A program made the position numbers and the translations under genes. A stretch of 64,000 nt of DNA. Origin: a virus. Taxonomy: Duplodnaviria > Caudoviricetes. Of this stretch, positions 46,118 through 56,051 are shown piece by piece. The notes below the pieces were generated by a model. It was not told where the DNA came from and searched no databases. It saw nothing but the letters and a program-made list of their open reading frames with translations. The stretch's first letter is position 1; every line of letters begins with the position of its first letter. The stretch lies in the IMG/VR virus record IMGVR_UViG_3300032040_000005, positions 9,936 through 73,935 of that record; one strand, given 5' to 3'.

Positions 46118-49100
46118 TTATTGAATTTTGGAAAAAGCAAGCCGCCCGGCGATACCCCGATACCGAAGGCCCGAGCCATCAGTCACACCGACGCAAGAAG
46201 GACCGACATCCGCACCATGCGAGGCGCTACCACCCACAAGAGCCATCCTCCAGCCTGAAGACTGGTAGTAATAATCAGCAAACGCGGTAGATGAATTACC
46301 GCTTGAATCGGTTACAACATCACCGAGGGTATTATGCTGCACATTGCGGATATAACCATTAGCACCTGGTGCAGCTACACCCAGTTGTGTGTACCCGACA
46401 GTGGTATCATCAACGAAGCTGGCGATGTCATTACTGACATACCATACCCGTGCATTGACGTTAAACCCGTCGCAGAATTGCCAAGCGTTACCCCAGAAGT
46501 TTTCGATACCCCGGTAATTCATCCATGCAGTATCTCGTACAGAACTAACCACGCCACCTGAACCATTACCAATAATATTGGATTTACCAGCGACCGAGTG
46601 AGGTGAATCTGTTTGACTGGATGACGAAGCCGGATACCCTGTGCTAACACTGTTGTTACCGGCTGCTAAGAGTGCTTGACCGTCGAACCCACCGTACTCC
46701 ACAAAGAACAGCAGTTTTATCAAGGACCACTGCCAGAACGTCATCTGCGACCAATTGGAGCCCCGGTTACTGGCCAATTGTCGCATCTGTGCGCGGGTCA
46801 CACCAACCATCGGATACTTACCAGATACAGAACCTAAAACATCAGCCGTGTAGTCTACTCTTGAATCATTGTTGTCGAGGTTCAGACCATCAATGTATGT
46901 TAGACCACTGGTGTCATACACGGATGCATGATACGCACCTACATAGATCGCCTGCTTTTCGCTTGATGGGTTGGTGTAATACCACATGTCTACAGCAGGG
47001 TCGCGTTGTAACGTACCACCGATTGCGAATGCAGGGTGCAACACAAAACCTGATCTAGGGTAATCACTGATTTCCCGCTTAACATCACCATTAAATAGTG
47101 TGGATACCCGTACATAACACTTGGGGATTTCAACCATGACCTGACCATCGGTACCATCCAGAACGGCAGCAGTCCCGTCGGCTTTCAGCGTTGAGTCGTT
47201 CAGGCTAAGGTAATAGTTCACCGTGCCATCATCATTCAACAGGCAACGACGCATCCGTTCGTGGATCTGTGTGACACCTGTGGAACCGGCATATCTGCTG
47301 TATACGTCTGAAGTTGGGTCCCAAACCATATTGGCAGAGATTCTTGGTTCATAACGATTATCCCCTACCAGCTGTATAACAGACGCATCCGGATACTTGT
47401 CTGCTGTACCTGATTCAGCTTCAGCAAAGGTGGCTTTCTCAACAGAACCTGCCGCCTCAGTGGTGGCTAAGCCGGCCACTTTAAGCCATGCAGTGCCTGA
47501 GTAGACCCGCACCTCGTTGGCAACCGTATTGAAGTAGAGATCCCCGGGCGTAACATTTACCGTAGGCGCTGACGCCAGTGGCCCATGATATTGGTTCTGA
47601 AACGTGGTCAGTGAGCTTGCGGCATTGGTTGCACTGGTACTTGCGGCAGAGGCCGAGCCAGAAGAGTTACTCGCAGACGTGGCGGCATTACTGGCAGAGG
47701 TACTGGCATTGGATGCAGACCCTCCGGCATTGGTTTCAGACGTTGCCGCGTTGGTTTCGCTGGTAGACGCTGCCGTAGCACTGGCACCACCCTTGGAAGC
47801 ATAGTGCCGGCCCGAGAACTTACCCGTCTCAACGGCAACATCAACAGCCGCATTGGCCCAGTTATCGGCTTTGGTTTCACTGGTGGTTGCGTTGGTTGCA
47901 GAGGTGCTGGCATTAGAGGCTGAAGTAGCTGCGTTAGTTTTGCTTGTCGCAGCGGCTGAGGCTGAACCCGTTGCGTTGGTTTCACTCGTTTTAGAGGCCG
48001 TCTCTGACGCACTGGCCTTGGCTGCGTGATGCAGAGCAGAGAACTTGCCTGTCTCTACAGCGGTGTTTTCCAACGCTTCAGCCCACTGGTTCGCTTTGTT
48101 CTGAGACCCCAGAGCAGCGGTCTCAGAGTTGCCCGCGTTGGTTTCCGAGGTGCCTGCATTACCTTCGGAGATATAAGCTGCACTGGCAGAACCAGAAGCG
48201 TTGGTTTCACTGGTGCTGCTGGCGGTCTGTGATGCCGCTGCTGCGGTCTCACTGGCTTTAGCGGCAGTTGCTGCCGTGGTGGCAACATCTTCCGGTGCCA
48301 CCCAGAAAGAGCCGGAGTAGAACTTCAGGAAATTATCCGTGGTATTGAAATACACCGCACCGGTTACCAAAGCATTACCGTCGTTGTCCACGGTTGGGTC
48401 CGAGGCTTTATCCCCCAGGTACTGATCACCGAACTGATCGAACAGACTCTCAGCACTGTTCTTAGCCGCGACGGCACCGGTCTCTGCCGTCTGTGCAGCG
48501 GTCGCTGAACTGCTGGCCGCACTGGCGCTGCCACTGGCATTGGTTTCGCTGGTCGCAGCATTACCGGCAGATAGGGAAGCTGCTGACTCAGAACCAGACG
48601 CATTGGTCTCCGATAGAGCAGCGGCAGTCTCAGAGCCACTGGCGTTGGTTGCACTGACACCCGCATTGGTCTCGCTCAGCGCCGAAGCAATGGCCGAGTC
48701 CTCTGACTTGATGGCGTGGTGCAAAGAAGAATACTGACCCGTCTCAACGGCCACATCTTCCAGTTCCTCTGCCCACTTCTCTGATTTGTTCTCAGATGCC
48801 AGGGCGCTAGATGCGGAACTATCGGCTGCGGTGCGATCTTGTCCAGTGGCCACCCGATCTGTAGCCGTAGCGTCGGAGTCCTGCTGCGTCACTACTCGGT
48901 CGGCGGCAGTGGCGGTTGCATCATCACCTGTGGCACTCCTGTCTATACCTGTTTGAGCTGCATCAGCAGCCGTATCCAAGGTGTCTTGGTTGGTAGCAAC
49001 TCGATCCAACCCCGTCTGTACTGCATCAGCAGATGTATCAACTCGATCCAAGTTAGTTTGGAAGCGGTCTGCTGCTGTATCCAAGGTATCTTGGTGGGTG

Positions 49101-49756
49101 GCTGCTAAGTCAGCAGCCGTATCTATCGTGTCCTGATTCGTTGCAACGAGGTCAGCTCCTGTCGCCACAACAGCGTTATCAGCATTAGTTTCACTGACCG
49201 CTGACGCATCTTCGGAGGCCTGGGCAGCGACCACATTGGCGTCTGTTGCTGCTTTGTTGGTGGCCACTTCCGCCCGATCCGCTTCAACGGCATCACGAGT
49301 AGCATACAAGGCGTCCAGAGCCTCAGCCGGAACGGTATTACCATCCAATACAAACGACCCTTCTGGTTGATCCAGTTGCACACGAACGGTCTGATCCAGT
49401 ATGTCTACCAAGCTTTGCGCCTCGGTTAAAACACTGATTCGTCCGTTCAGGAGAGTGATTTCTTTCCCGTTAAGCTGACGTCTTAGGTTCAGGTAGTAGT
49501 GGCCTTGGGACAAACCCGCTGTCAGAGTTTTATCCAGAACTATGTAGAAAGTACCCAGGACCGCATCGGCTGGGTAAATCGTAAGTGACGGGATATACAG
49601 TTCAGCGTCTGTATCAACCGTAAGCGGATTACGCTTCAGGGTGACTTCCAGACCCCAGTTGGTAATGTCCGATGGGTTGTTAGCCTCATCGGTTACCGTA
49701 AATCGGGCTGCAAAGTCATCGCCCTGATATACTTTAAAAAGTGTCTGGTCTTTCAT
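46118..49756 (-). CDS. Long tail fibre / receptor-binding protein, DGR target (Mtd-like C-type-lectin C-terminus)
   Basis: N-terminal YQGDDF anchor-type domain, long Ala/Ser/Thr repeats, NYRGIENFWGNAWQFCDG, then VR ALVGG...GRLAF. Confidence 0.9.
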   Translation of the reverse strand: MKDQTLFKVYQGDDFAARFTVTDEANNPSDITNWGLEVTLKRNPLTVDTDAELYIPSLTIYPADAVLGTFYIVLDKTLTAGLSQGHYYLNLRRQLNGKEITLLNGRISVLTEAQSLVDILDQTVRVQLDQPEGSFVLDGNTVPAEALDALYATRDAVEADRAEVATNKAATDANVVAAQASEDASAVSETNADNAVVATGADLVATNQDTIDTAADLAATHQDTLDTAADRFQTNLDRVDTSADAVQTGLDRVATNQDTLDTAADAAQTGIDRSATGDDATATAADRVVTQQDSDATATDRVATGQDRTAADSSASSALASENKSEKWAEELEDVAVETGQYSSLHHAIKSEDSAIASALSETNAGVSATNASGSETAAALSETNASGSESAASLSAGNAATSETNASGSASAASSSATAAQTAETGAVAAKNSAESLFDQFGDQYLGDKASDPTVDNDGNALVTGAVYFNTTDNFLKFYSGSFWVAPEDVATTAATAAKASETAAAASQTASSTSETNASGSASAAYISEGNAGTSETNAGNSETAALGSQNKANQWAEALENTAVETGKFSALHHAAKASASETASKTSETNATGSASAAATSKTNAATSASNASTSATNATTSETKADNWANAAVDVAVETGKFSGRHYASKGGASATAASTSETNAATSETNAGGSASNASTSASNAATSASNSSGSASAASTSATNAASSLTTFQNQYHGPLASAPTVNVTPGDLYFNTVANEVRVYSGTAWLKVAGLATTEAAGSVEKATFAEAESGTADKYPDASVIQLVGDNRYEPRISANMVWDPTSDVYSRYAGSTGVTQIHERMRRCLLNDDGTVNYYLSLNDSTLKADGTAAVLDGTDGQVMVEIPKCYVRVSTLFNGDVKREISDYPRSGFVLHPAFAIGGTLQRDPAVDMWYYTNPSSEKQAIYVGAYHASVYDTSGLTYIDGLNLDNNDSRVDYTADVLGSVSGKYPMVGVTRAQMRQLASNRGSNWSQMTFWQWSLIKLLFFVEYGGFDGQALLAAGNNSVSTGYPASSSSQTDSPHSVAGKSNIIGNGSGGVVSSVRDTAWMNYRGIENFWGNAWQFCDGFNVNARVWYVSNDIASFVDDTTVGYTQLGVAAPGANGYIRNVQHNTLGDVVTDSSGNSSTAFADYYYQSSGWRMALVGGSASHGADVGPSCVGVTDGSGLRYRGIAGRLAFSKIQ
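46136..46251 (-). repeat. DGR variable repeat (VR), 116 nt, at the 3' end of the tail fibre gene
   Basis: 22 mismatches to TR, all at TR adenines (16 to G, 3 to C, 3 to T). Confidence 0.95.
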
Positions 49757-49853
49757 AAAAATACCCCTAACCGTTAATCAACAATCAGGGGTTATGGTAA
49801 AGGAATGGTTTTGGGGTTGCCTATTTAATTTACGGCAACTCGAATACTGCTTT

Positions 49854-50954
49854 CTACAGTATTCGAGTTGCCGTTAGCATTAGGGTGACTGTGCCAGTAT
49901 ACCAAGTGCTACTACTGTTGGTATTGCTAGCAGTTATTTTCATTGTGCCCTGCGTTACTCTCATATTAATTGTCATTATTGGCACAATAACATCTACCGG
50001 TTCTGATGCTCTTATGACTCCTAGTGTACTAGCAGCGGAAAGAATACCGTTAGAATTGGTAATTGTAGCTGTAAAAAGGTAAACACCTTCAGAGGGAATA
50101 TACCCTAACGTCACCGATGAACCACCTCTAAACTCCCATACATTTTTACTGAAATTTTGTGTGTTCTGTATTCCGCTTATAGCCAAGTCCTTGTATGTAT
50201 CTGCAATAGTCTTAGTACCTTTTTTTATTAAACCTCTTCCATTCATTAGACTTAATTGGTAATTACCTGGCGTAGCCACACTATTAATAAACTGTACTCT
50301 CATTCCACCACTTAGCTTTCCTTGGTAATCAATCGAATTCATTAACTCCCCAAAACACAGAAAAGGTACACTACTCAATTCAACACCACCAACATTAAAA
50401 GTATTTTTTGTTATCTCAATACTTGTTCTTGAAAACCTAAAACTATCTAGAGTATCTACACCTTTAATATCTACATCAAAGGCCACAAAGTATAAGGAAT
50501 TCATTGGGTTTTGACTCCGTATCCCCAACTGCCTTGTACTAGGTAACCAGTTATTTTGTCTGCTTCTACCATCAGAGTATACAAAAGTACCTGTAGTCAG
50601 TAGACCTCCGTAGCTCTGGTCTACTTCTACAGCCCTATTCATTTGGATAGTGTCATTTACAAAAGCAATAAAAGTACGTCGGTTCCCTGTCGCACTCCCA
50701 AATAGGTAATTTTTAAGTAGAGTCATTGTTGGGGAATTGCTAAGTGTAATTGCGATTTCATACATTCCGTCACTGCCATGGGTGTATGCGTATTCGCTTG
50801 GGTCAGGGTCAAATACCTGAAATCCTGTATAGTTTATATCGCTGTGAAGGACTGTATTAGTTGTAGGCTGACCTTTAATTATTGATAGGTCAGTGTATCC
50901 CCGAGTTAAATGCAAAAGTGGTTTACCATTTTCTTTACCAATAAAAATACTCAT
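49854..50954 (-). CDS. AT-rich putative tail/receptor-binding protein
   Basis: 366 aa, beta-rich, located between two tail genes. Confidence 0.5.
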   Translation of the reverse strand: MSIFIGKENGKPLLHLTRGYTDLSIIKGQPTTNTVLHSDINYTGFQVFDPDPSEYAYTHGSDGMYEIAITLSNSPTMTLLKNYLFGSATGNRRTFIAFVNDTIQMNRAVEVDQSYGGLLTTGTFVYSDGRSRQNNWLPSTRQLGIRSQNPMNSLYFVAFDVDIKGVDTLDSFRFSRTSIEITKNTFNVGGVELSSVPFLCFGELMNSIDYQGKLSGGMRVQFINSVATPGNYQLSLMNGRGLIKKGTKTIADTYKDLAISGIQNTQNFSKNVWEFRGGSSVTLGYIPSEGVYLFTATITNSNGILSAASTLGVIRASEPVDVIVPIMTINMRVTQGTMKITASNTNSSSTWYTGTVTLMLTATRIL

Positions 50955-50964
50955 AAATTAGCTC

Positions 50965-52572
50965 CTAGCCTATATAGATGAACTTATTATCTAGGTCCAC
51001 CACAAAGTCCCCAGAAGCAGATGACATTTTTCCCGCAGTAACCTCACCTAAATCGGCTGTAATTGCAGCCAATGCCGTGACGTTTACCTCATCTGCTATT
51101 ATTTTTTTACCTCTGAAATTCTCAGCGGTAAGGTCAAACACAACTGCTTTGTTCATGAAGACTTCGCCATTCGCAACAATAAAGGGGTATGTTTTACTGC
51201 CTAGCTTACCAATCCAGAATCTATCAACATCAAAGCCAGCTTCAACGGTGCCTGTGCCACTGTCCGTGGCCAACCCAAAACCACCTACAAGCGTATTGCC
51301 ATTAATGTCCACCTGTACCTTCACGGTGTACTCAGCGCTCAGGACATCTAACGCATCCTTGTAGCTCACCATCCGTTGCTCAACGTTGGCTGTACCACCC
51401 TCACCATCGACAATCTGTACACCCTTCACCACTTCAGCGACAGAAGACATACCGAGCCAAGTGCCGCCACCTGCGGTACACAGTGCCCGTGTGTTCTTTG
51501 CAGCGTCAGGGTGTCCGTCGATCATGCAGAAACCGACCTGGGTGTTGCTGAAGTCCTGTACTGTGCCTGCCACCGTGTTACCGATGTACATATCCATAAG
51601 GGACCATAAATCACCGTCCCATACGTAACCCTGGTCTCCATCAGCAGAGTCAAACCAGACATCATCAAGGTTCTGGGCAATAGGGGCACCCACCTGACGA
51701 AACACGTTCAACCCTTGTTGAGCCTTCTCCACGTCCCAGGCATTACCACTCCAGCGGTACAACGTATTACCGTCATCAATGTCTACCCACAGATCATTCC
51801 GGTAAGTTGTAGAATCCGGTGGCGGTGTCGTCTGGAAAAACACCTGAGCCTTACGACCTACAGACGCTTCCAATGTGTCTATGCTTTGAGCCATAGCCGT
51901 ATCAGCATTAGCACGTGCAATCACTTCTTGCGTGATCAGCGCCATGCTCTGGTCAGCGACAGCACCTACCACATTGATTTGCTGGATCTGTGCTGAATCA
52001 CTTGTTTCTAAACGTGCAACCTCATTAACAAGAACCGTACCTACACCGTCTACCTGTGTCTGGAAATCTGCCAGGGCAATCAACAACTCTTCATATTGAA
52101 CTTGAGAATTAGAGATATTGGTTAACAGGTCTGCACGTATGGACTCAATTCTATTTATTTCTGAACTCAGTGATGTTGCCAGTTGGCCTTGTGAGATCTG
52201 ACCACTTAACATCGCTATAGTTTGTTCAATAGTAGGACGTGCCATAGCAGAAGCAGGCCCAGTCAAATCACCTACCGTACCGTTCACAGATACAATCTCG
52301 ATCCAGTAGTAATAACGGATGGCCGCACTTGGGTCTATTCTGTCGTAATGGATTTCACCCGTAACCGTCTTTAGTTTTACTTTAGTTAATGGATCAGCAT
52401 TACTACTACGATATAGCAGTACATGCGAGACTGCCTCCGGCAGTAATTGTGGATATGTCCAAAATACATCTATACCTCCAAACGCAGGTACAGCTTGTAA
52501 TATTGAGTTATTTAAATCAGGATCACCAGGCTTCGGGAAGTTACCGAAACCTGTTCCGCACGAATCAGCCAT
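50965..52572 (-). CDS. Tail tip / central fibre protein (DUF1983-like C-terminus)
   Basis: Fn3-like N-terminus, coiled coil, YTVKVQ...VGGFGL...FDVDRFWIG...PFIVANGEVFMN. Confidence 0.7.
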   Translation of the reverse strand: MADSCGTGFGNFPKPGDPDLNNSILQAVPAFGGIDVFWTYPQLLPEAVSHVLLYRSSNADPLTKVKLKTVTGEIHYDRIDPSAAIRYYYWIEIVSVNGTVGDLTGPASAMARPTIEQTIAMLSGQISQGQLATSLSSEINRIESIRADLLTNISNSQVQYEELLIALADFQTQVDGVGTVLVNEVARLETSDSAQIQQINVVGAVADQSMALITQEVIARANADTAMAQSIDTLEASVGRKAQVFFQTTPPPDSTTYRNDLWVDIDDGNTLYRWSGNAWDVEKAQQGLNVFRQVGAPIAQNLDDVWFDSADGDQGYVWDGDLWSLMDMYIGNTVAGTVQDFSNTQVGFCMIDGHPDAAKNTRALCTAGGGTWLGMSSVAEVVKGVQIVDGEGGTANVEQRMVSYKDALDVLSAEYTVKVQVDINGNTLVGGFGLATDSGTGTVEAGFDVDRFWIGKLGSKTYPFIVANGEVFMNKAVVFDLTAENFRGKKIIADEVNVTALAAITADLGEVTAGKMSSASGDFVVDLDNKFIYIG

Positions 52573-52681
52573 GTTACTACCTCATACCGAATACATAATG
52601 TGACTTCATTGTACGAGGTTGTCATATAACTATTTTGAAATATCACTCACGCACTAACCTTGAAACCAATGGAAACCGATT

Positions 52682-53422
52682 ATGAACGTTGATTACCTAG
52701 ACCACATGGGAACAGACTTGACCGTAGTTAATGCTGCACGAGTTTCATTCGATACCGTATCCACAGAACTGAGTAAGAAAGACATCGGACTTATTAACTT
52801 CCTGGCACGTGGCTGTATGTCCAAAGACTGGGATGCTGCTGTCAAAGATATGCTAGGACGGACTAACAATCCTGATGACATTAATGAAGTTGAAGGGATG
52901 CTCAAGTGGGCCAAGAACATGCCCACCCACTGGTCACCCTTCGCACACGCCATGATCTCTATGCGTGAAACCGTACCCATCTTCGTAGCCCGTCAACGCT
53001 TCAAGCACATGGTTGGCTTCACGTACAATGAAACGAGTCGTCGCTATGTTGATGATACGCCTGAGTTTCATGTACCTGACGTATGGCGTGCTCGCCCTGT
53101 AGGCGGTATCAAACAGGGTAGTGGTGGTGTTCATGCAGCTAACGATTATCAACAAGGACAGTACGCAAGTTTTTGTGAGCACGCGCTGGACCTCTACCAT
53201 TCCATGATTGAACAGAACGTGGCACCTGAACAAGCACGTATGGTTCTGCCGCAATCCATGCTCACCACTTACTGGGTAACCGGTTCGTTGTATGCCTGGG
53301 CCAACGCCTATATCCAGCGAAGCGATGCACACGCACAAGTTGAAATACAAGACTTGGCCAAACAGTGGAATACTATTATAGAACCTCTGTTCCCACATTC
53401 CTGGGCTGCACTCACACAATAA
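52682..53422 (+). CDS. thyX: Flavin-dependent thymidylate synthase
   Basis: HWSPF, PIFVARQRFKH..GFTYNETSRRY, PEQARMVLPQS, HAQVEI. Confidence 0.95.
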   Translation: MNVDYLDHMGTDLTVVNAARVSFDTVSTELSKKDIGLINFLARGCMSKDWDAAVKDMLGRTNNPDDINEVEGMLKWAKNMPTHWSPFAHAMISMRETVPIFVARQRFKHMVGFTYNETSRRYVDDTPEFHVPDVWRARPVGGIKQGSGGVHAANDYQQGQYASFCEHALDLYHSMIEQNVAPEQARMVLPQSMLTTYWVTGSLYAWANAYIQRSDAHAQVEIQDLAKQWNTIIEPLFPHSWAALTQ

Positions 53423-53472
53423 AATAAGAAATACCCATACCCACTTAGATACCCTAGTAGGTTCACCCACAG

Positions 53473-53500
53473 AAGGTCAGTAGATTACTGACCTTTTTAT
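53473..53500 (+). terminator. Rho-independent terminator
   Basis: AAGGTCAGTA-GAT-TACTGACCTT followed by T tract. Confidence 0.7.
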
Positions 53501-53517
53501 TTTGTTTTGGAGACATT

Positions 53518-55758
53518 ATGACAACAGTAACATCACCCAATAACCTATCAACCGGTAAAGATATGCTGGCTGATTCCAAGTTCTATATGGGTTATTCACG
53601 GTTTATTACTGACGAAGACCGTTACGAAACATGGACAGAATCCGTTACCCGTGTCATGGACATGCACCGTGATAAATACAAGCATCTTATGACGCCTGAA
53701 CTGGAAGTGATGATCCAGTTTGCCCAGGATGCTTACACAGACAGCAGTGTGTTGGGTGCCCAGCGTGCTCTGCAATTTGGTGGACCTCAGATCTTCCAAC
53801 ACGAAGCCAGGCTTTATAATTGTTCAGCGGCACACTTGGATCGTCCCGAGTTCTTCCAAGAAGCCATGTACCTACTGCTCTGTGGTTGTGGCGTAGGCTT
53901 CTCAGTGCAGAAGCACCACGTTGCCAAGCTGCCAGACTTCGCCCCACGCAAAGAGGATGCTGCACGTCTGCACGTCATCGACGACAGCATTGAGGGATGG
54001 TCAAACGCCTTTGGTGTCATGATCTCCAGCTTCATCCCCGAGGGTGAGCACGCCCCTTTCCCAGAATACCAAGGGCACCACGTACTCTTTGATTACTCAG
54101 AGATCCGCCCCAGAGGTGCCTACATCTCCGGTGGCTTCAAAGCCCCTGGCTCAGACGGACTACGGGCGTCCCTGACCAAATGTGAAGACCTGTTGGTGAA
54201 AGCCACCAAAGCGAGTAAGCACCTTAAACCGATCCAAGCCTATGACTTTGTAATGCACATGGCCGATGCCGTTCTATCAGGTGGTGTACGTCGCAGTGCA
54301 ACCTTGTGCATGTTCAGCTTCGATGACGACGAGATGATGAAGGCCAAGACCGGCAACTGGTTCAAGGACAACCCGCAACGGGGTCGATCCAATAACTCAG
54401 TGACCCTGGTCCGTGGTCAGGTGACTTATGAGCAGTGGATCAGTATCAAAGCGTCTGTTGAACAGTTCGGTGAGCCAGGCTTTATCTGGACCGATTCAGC
54501 GGAATTTACCTTCAATCCATGTGTGGAAATAGGAATGCTTCCTGTTACCCATGACGGTCGCTCTGGCTTCCAGGTTTGTAATTTATCGGAGATCAACGGC
54601 GGAGCCTGTGATACCTCAGACAAGTTCTTCGATGCGTGTCGCGCTGGTGCCATCTTAGGAACCCTGCAAGCGGGCTACACCAACTTCACTTACCTGACTC
54701 AAGCAACCCAGGACATCGTGGAGCGTGAAGCTCTCATAGGCGTATCCGTGACAGGTTGGATGAACAACCCAGATGTTCTGTTTAACGTAGACAACATGCA
54801 ACGCGGTGCTGGCATTGTTCGCGCCACTAATAAGAAAGTGGCTCACTTGCTCGGGATCAACCCAGCCGCACGGACGACATGCGTAAAACCATCGGGCAAT
54901 GCCTCTGTGCTGCTCGGTACGGCCTCTGGTATTCACGGTGAGCATTCACCTGCCTACTTCCGCAACGTCCAGATGAACGACACTGATGGCACTCTGGAGC
55001 TGATCCAATCCACGAATCCAGAGATGGTTGAAACCAGCGTCTGGAATCCTAACGGCACAGATAAGATTGTGTCGTTCCCTGTGGTGTCAGACCCTGCTTC
55101 CATCTATAAGGGCGACCTGCAAGGTGTGAAGCAACTGGCCTACGTCAAGCTGGTTCAGCAGAACTGGATCGAGCATGGCACTAACCCAGAGCTGTGCACC
55201 GATGACCGTATCCGTCACAACGTATCCAACACCATTGATGTGGACGACATGGATAAGGTCTTCGACTACATCTGGGAGAATCGGTACGATTTTGCAGGCA
55301 TCAGCCTCATGGCCTCGACAGGCGATAAAGCGTATCCGCAAGCGCCATTCACACAAGTACGCACAGCCACTGAGATCCAGGAACTCTATGGTCCAGCGGC
55401 TTTGTTCGCATCCGGCTTGATCGTGGATGGACTGCACGCCTTCACAGGCAACCTGTGGGACGCATGTTCAACAGCCCAAGCGTTGGGTGTGGATCTGAGT
55501 CAGCACGGTAGCCACGACCTTCTCAAGCGTGACTGGGTACGCAGGGCGGTGCAGTTCTCAGACAACTACTTCGGTGGGGATATGCAGAAGATGAACGACT
55601 GTCTCAAGGACTGTCACCTCATCCACAAGTGGGAAACCATCAAGCGAACTATGACACCCATCGACTTCACACGTGAGCTGGGCAAACAGGAGTACACCGA
55701 CATCTCAACGATGGGCGCTCAGGCCTGTGCAGGAGGCAGTTGCGAGGTGAGCTTTTGA
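53518..55758 (+). CDS. nrdJ: Class II (adenosylcobalamin-dependent) ribonucleotide reductase
   Basis: LYNCS, GGVRRSA, NPCVEI, CNLSE, VKPSGN and C-terminal ACAGGSCE; no beta-subunit gene in the window. Confidence 0.88.
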   Translation: MTTVTSPNNLSTGKDMLADSKFYMGYSRFITDEDRYETWTESVTRVMDMHRDKYKHLMTPELEVMIQFAQDAYTDSSVLGAQRALQFGGPQIFQHEARLYNCSAAHLDRPEFFQEAMYLLLCGCGVGFSVQKHHVAKLPDFAPRKEDAARLHVIDDSIEGWSNAFGVMISSFIPEGEHAPFPEYQGHHVLFDYSEIRPRGAYISGGFKAPGSDGLRASLTKCEDLLVKATKASKHLKPIQAYDFVMHMADAVLSGGVRRSATLCMFSFDDDEMMKAKTGNWFKDNPQRGRSNNSVTLVRGQVTYEQWISIKASVEQFGEPGFIWTDSAEFTFNPCVEIGMLPVTHDGRSGFQVCNLSEINGGACDTSDKFFDACRAGAILGTLQAGYTNFTYLTQATQDIVEREALIGVSVTGWMNNPDVLFNVDNMQRGAGIVRATNKKVAHLLGINPAARTTCVKPSGNASVLLGTASGIHGEHSPAYFRNVQMNDTDGTLELIQSTNPEMVETSVWNPNGTDKIVSFPVVSDPASIYKGDLQGVKQLAYVKLVQQNWIEHGTNPELCTDDRIRHNVSNTIDVDDMDKVFDYIWENRYDFAGISLMASTGDKAYPQAPFTQVRTATEIQELYGPAALFASGLIVDGLHAFTGNLWDACSTAQALGVDLSQHGSHDLLKRDWVRRAVQFSDNYFGGDMQKMNDCLKDCHLIHKWETIKRTMTPIDFTRELGKQEYTDISTMGAQACAGGSCEVSF

Positions 55759-55958
55759 CCTCTGACCGTATGCAGGTGCTGAGCCAGCTTAACCGTACAG
55801 TGACGCACAGGTGCCCTCAATGTGGGGCACCGGTGGCGTGTGCAGCAGAACTGGGAAGAAGTGCAAGCTCATGCTGGTGCATGGAACTTGAGCATCGTGC
55901 GTTTGATGAAGCATCTACTGAGTGCCTGTGTCTTCACTGCCTCTCAGATACTCACTAA
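55755..55958 (+). CDS. Cysteine-rich CWC-family protein
   Basis: CPQCG...C...CWC...CLCLHCL; exact start uncertain. Confidence 0.6.
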   Translation: MTSDRMQVLSQLNRTVTHRCPQCGAPVACAAELGRSASSCWCMELEHRAFDEASTECLCLHCLSDTH

Positions 55959-55969
55959 AAATCTTTGCA

Positions 55970-56020
55970 CTGAAGGGGCAAGCGGATTAGGCGTAGCCGG
56001 TTCCGCGTAGTCCCCTTCAG
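55970..56020. repeat. Interrupted hairpin with GTA triloop
   Basis: CTGAAGGGG/CCCCTTCAG, GCGGA/TCCGC and GGC-GTA-GCC nested stems. Confidence 0.6.
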
Positions 56021-56051
56021 AATATAAATTAAATACCTGTAGGAGCACGTA

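Noticed and set aside
47500-49300. Possible CRISPR array or mobile repeat
   Set aside because: The repeats are in-frame, degenerate and encode the fibre shaft; no repeat-spacer structure and no cas genes.
49854-52572. Second DGR variable repeat in other tail genes
   Set aside because: No TR-like sequence seen by eye; a local alignment of TR against the full genome would settle it.
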